50,547 nucleotides of DNA from Craspedostauros australis (lineage: Eukaryota). The notes under the pieces were generated by a model. It saw only the letters and a list, made by a program, of their open reading frames with translations, made no database searches and had not been told where the DNA came from. Positions 47,892 to 50,547 of the stretch are shown here, piece after piece; position 1 is the first letter of the stretch; each line of letters starts with the position of its first letter. The position numbers and the translations under genes are program-made. The stretch spans positions 1 through 50,547 of the forward strand of contig JALAGF010006167.1 in NCBI GenBank assembly GCA_030167865.1. Reading direction: 5' to 3'.

Positions 47892-49669
47892 TGTTGTATC
47901 TACTGTATCTGTTGAGGATGCTCAGCTGAGTGAATGTGGGCGGCAAGTCTGAGATCTTCGCTTCAATGCGCTGCTCTCCCCTCTCTTGGATCTCGACGGT
48001 TATGGGTTATGGATGATGTTTCACAACACTTGGTGCGTTGTGTGTTGCTTGTGTGTTACAACGTTGAAGGTGATGATAGTGATGATGGTGATGATGAAGG
48101 TATGATGGTGATGACAACAATGGTTGCTCACTCTGATTGTGGTTGTGATTGTGTTTGTCGACAAGCAAACAAACCAGCCACACAAGCAAACAAAACAGGC
48201 CAAACAATGCAAAATGCGGAGAGTGGTGGAGAAAGTGATCGTAGTTTTGAATGTGGGCGTTGAAACAAGGCAAAGCACAGTAACAAGGTTATCGTTGAAG
48301 TCCTCGTTGTGATCTTCGTTGCCGTTGTCGTTGGAGTTCTTCCGCCCTTGTTTTGTTTGTTTTTGGTGTTCGGCTTCGACTTCCGTCTCTCGTCGTCTTT
48401 CGTACTTGATGTGCGCTACTTGCACTTCCCGTGCTACCACGCGGTAATGGCAGCTTCGTGCGTGGTCCCTGCAGCTGCGCCATTCACAGAAGCCCTCCAT
48501 TTAAGAGCCTTCGGAACACGCGCGACGCAGACATGCAATGCTTCTATCATTCCACGACTTCTTAATTACCCAATTTAAACTCCATAAGCCTCCTAACCAT
48601 GGATTGTGACACAATTTCGCCTCACAAAATCGTGCTCGTGTCACGTCTCCACGTTCGTGGTCGCCACCACCATCGTCATTCAACCATACTAACACGCTCA
48701 GAGTAGATCACAGGAGACTGCATTGCATCACTCTCCACACTCGCAACTATCGCAGAGTATGTACCGCACTCCACTCCACTCCACTCCACCCCACTCGACT
48801 CCACAATTAATCACCATACTTGCAAACATGGATCTTCTCGCAGTCCCAACCAACATCAAACGTATCACGCAAGCAACATCAAACGCAACCAACGCTCACT
48901 GCCACCCATCAAACGCACTGCTTCGATCCACGCAGGAGCTGATCACGAGTTCGTTCGTTTGGATGCGACGAACCTTCACATTCAGGTCTCGTACAGACAG
49001 ATGGCGAGTATCATCGTCACAGGATACAGACGAGTGATGTGCACTTAATGCTCAGTATTCGTATGGCAGTGTGCCAGGGAGGATCTTCAAGCAGGGCACT
49101 CTCTATGCGTGTCGGTGAAGAGCTCGAAGATCTCACAAGTTGTTGGTGGGATCGGATTAGTGTTCCACTGTGCAACGGACGGATGGATGGATTGGATCTC
49201 TCGATCCGCAGACTGGAGAATTCTGCAAACCCAAGAGCACCATTCTGTGATACGCCATTGATCGGCAGTCTGACACTGCGGACCGCCATCACAATGAGAT
49301 TCCTTTCGAGCAAATTCACTAACCAGGTCGTTTTTGGGGCCAAAGTTCACTAACCAGGTCGTTTTGGTGCCTGACCAATCACAATGGCCGGACTGTTGAC
49401 AGGCGCGTCCTTGCGACAATGACGAAAATATTAATTTAGCCGCGAAATACACATGTCAACCGTTTCCCAGTAGAGTTGAGTAGAGTAGACGAGACAAGTT
49501 TATAATGCTGGTGATGAATCCTGTTCTGTGGAATACGAGTAGAGGGTTCAACCAACTATATTGCATACTGACATCAGCCATTGGCATGTACCTACTTTGG
49601 GATGGTCCAGACCCAACTGCGAAGAGTTTCAGATTACATGTAGTCCAATCCTGCGATACCGTTCAGTCA

Positions 49670-50547
49670 CTGTGTGTGCTGTGCATACAAAAGGTCAAGC
49701 ATATTTGATGATACCAACGGCACCACTCCAAGCACACTCCCAAGAGTACGGCCATGGAGTCTGTAGTGTTAGAGCCGTCTGGAAGTTATCGAAATCTACG
49801 GATGCTGATACCACGCAGTACTGCGTCAGACGAGACTGCACGGTATGCATCGCCTTGTGCAGTATTATGCATATCGATGTATTGCACAGGCCATTTTCAG
49901 ATATCCAACCAGCTGGACTACTCCAAGCGCACCCCAAAGAGTACGGTCGCCGAGTTTGAAGTCCTAGATCCGTTTAGAAGGGATCCAATTCTACAGATGC
50001 TGATACCAAGCAGTACTGAACGGTGCGTATCGCGCTGTACAGCGTTCTGAGAATGTGTGCATACAAAAAGTCAATCATATTCCAATCCAACACTTCGATG
50101 ACTCCAAACCCCCTCCAAAAGATACGGATATGGAGGTCGAAGTGATATATCTATGTGGAAAGGATCGAAATCTACAGATCAGGATGTCATGTGATGCTGT
50201 GAGGGCGGTACTGTGAGCTACGCATCAAACTGCACAGTAACTCGACCATCTGTGCATATAAAATGTCAGTTTCGATCCAATCCAACACTACCACCACTCC
50301 AAGCACACTCCAAAGAGTACGGCTATGGAGTTTGAGGTCTTGGATCCATCAGAAAGGGGTATTGGCATGCGCGCAGATGAACGGCGCCAGTCATTTCCAT
50401 TTGATATCTGCATCCGTAGATTTCGATCCTTTCCAACCAGAGTCTAGACTTCAAATTCCATAGCCGTACCCTTTGGAGTGTGCTTGGAGTGGTGGTAGTG
50501 TTGGATTGGATCGCAATTGACATTTTACATGCACAAATGGTCGAGTT
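49670..50547. repeat. Degenerate ~190-bp tandem array (about 4 units on +) followed by an inverted unit; runs off the window
   Basis: Core ACTCCAAGC.CAC.CC.AAGAGTACGG near 49725, 49920, 50101 and 50296; 50239-50342 matches the reverse complement of 50444-50547. Confidence 0.85.

Noticed and set aside
49670..50547. CRISPR-like array
   Set aside because: Whole units are degenerate homologues with no unique spacers, the context is eukaryotic, and no cas genes are present.
1..50547. tRNA, rRNA, snRNA or telomeric repeats
   Set aside because: None recognised by eye; small ncRNAs cannot be excluded without covariance-model searches.

Overview
Eukaryotic nuclear DNA, most likely from a diatom or related stramenopile. 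Support: GT-AG introns, ASAFAP-type plastid presequences, a DUF6824-type protein and diatom-type (CoDi-like) Copia remnants. In order, the window holds the 3' end of a PIF/Harbinger-like transposase, a DUF6824 protein, a 2-exon METTL13/EEF1AKMT4-like methyltransferase with a His/Asp-rich insert, an organelle-targeted alanyl-tRNA synthetase, and two paralogous ankyrin genes (each with a 23-nt first coding exon) flanking a divergent UTP14 that spans a mis-joined assembly gap. Next come an FAD-oxidoreductase/CFA-type methyltransferase fusion, a divergent TM9SF and a 4-exon plastid-targeted lipoxygenase. Then a nested retrotransposon graveyard (Copia RT/RNase H split by an 817-bp TG..CA element with a 6-bp TSD), a PfkB kinase, orphan ORFs and a ~190-bp repeat array that inverts at the window end. 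The best candidate for a new system is the UfaD/UfaM-like fusion lying ~4 kb from a lipoxygenase, a possible furan-fatty-acid/oxylipin locus. That link is inference. All family calls come from motif recognition by eye; no searches were run.
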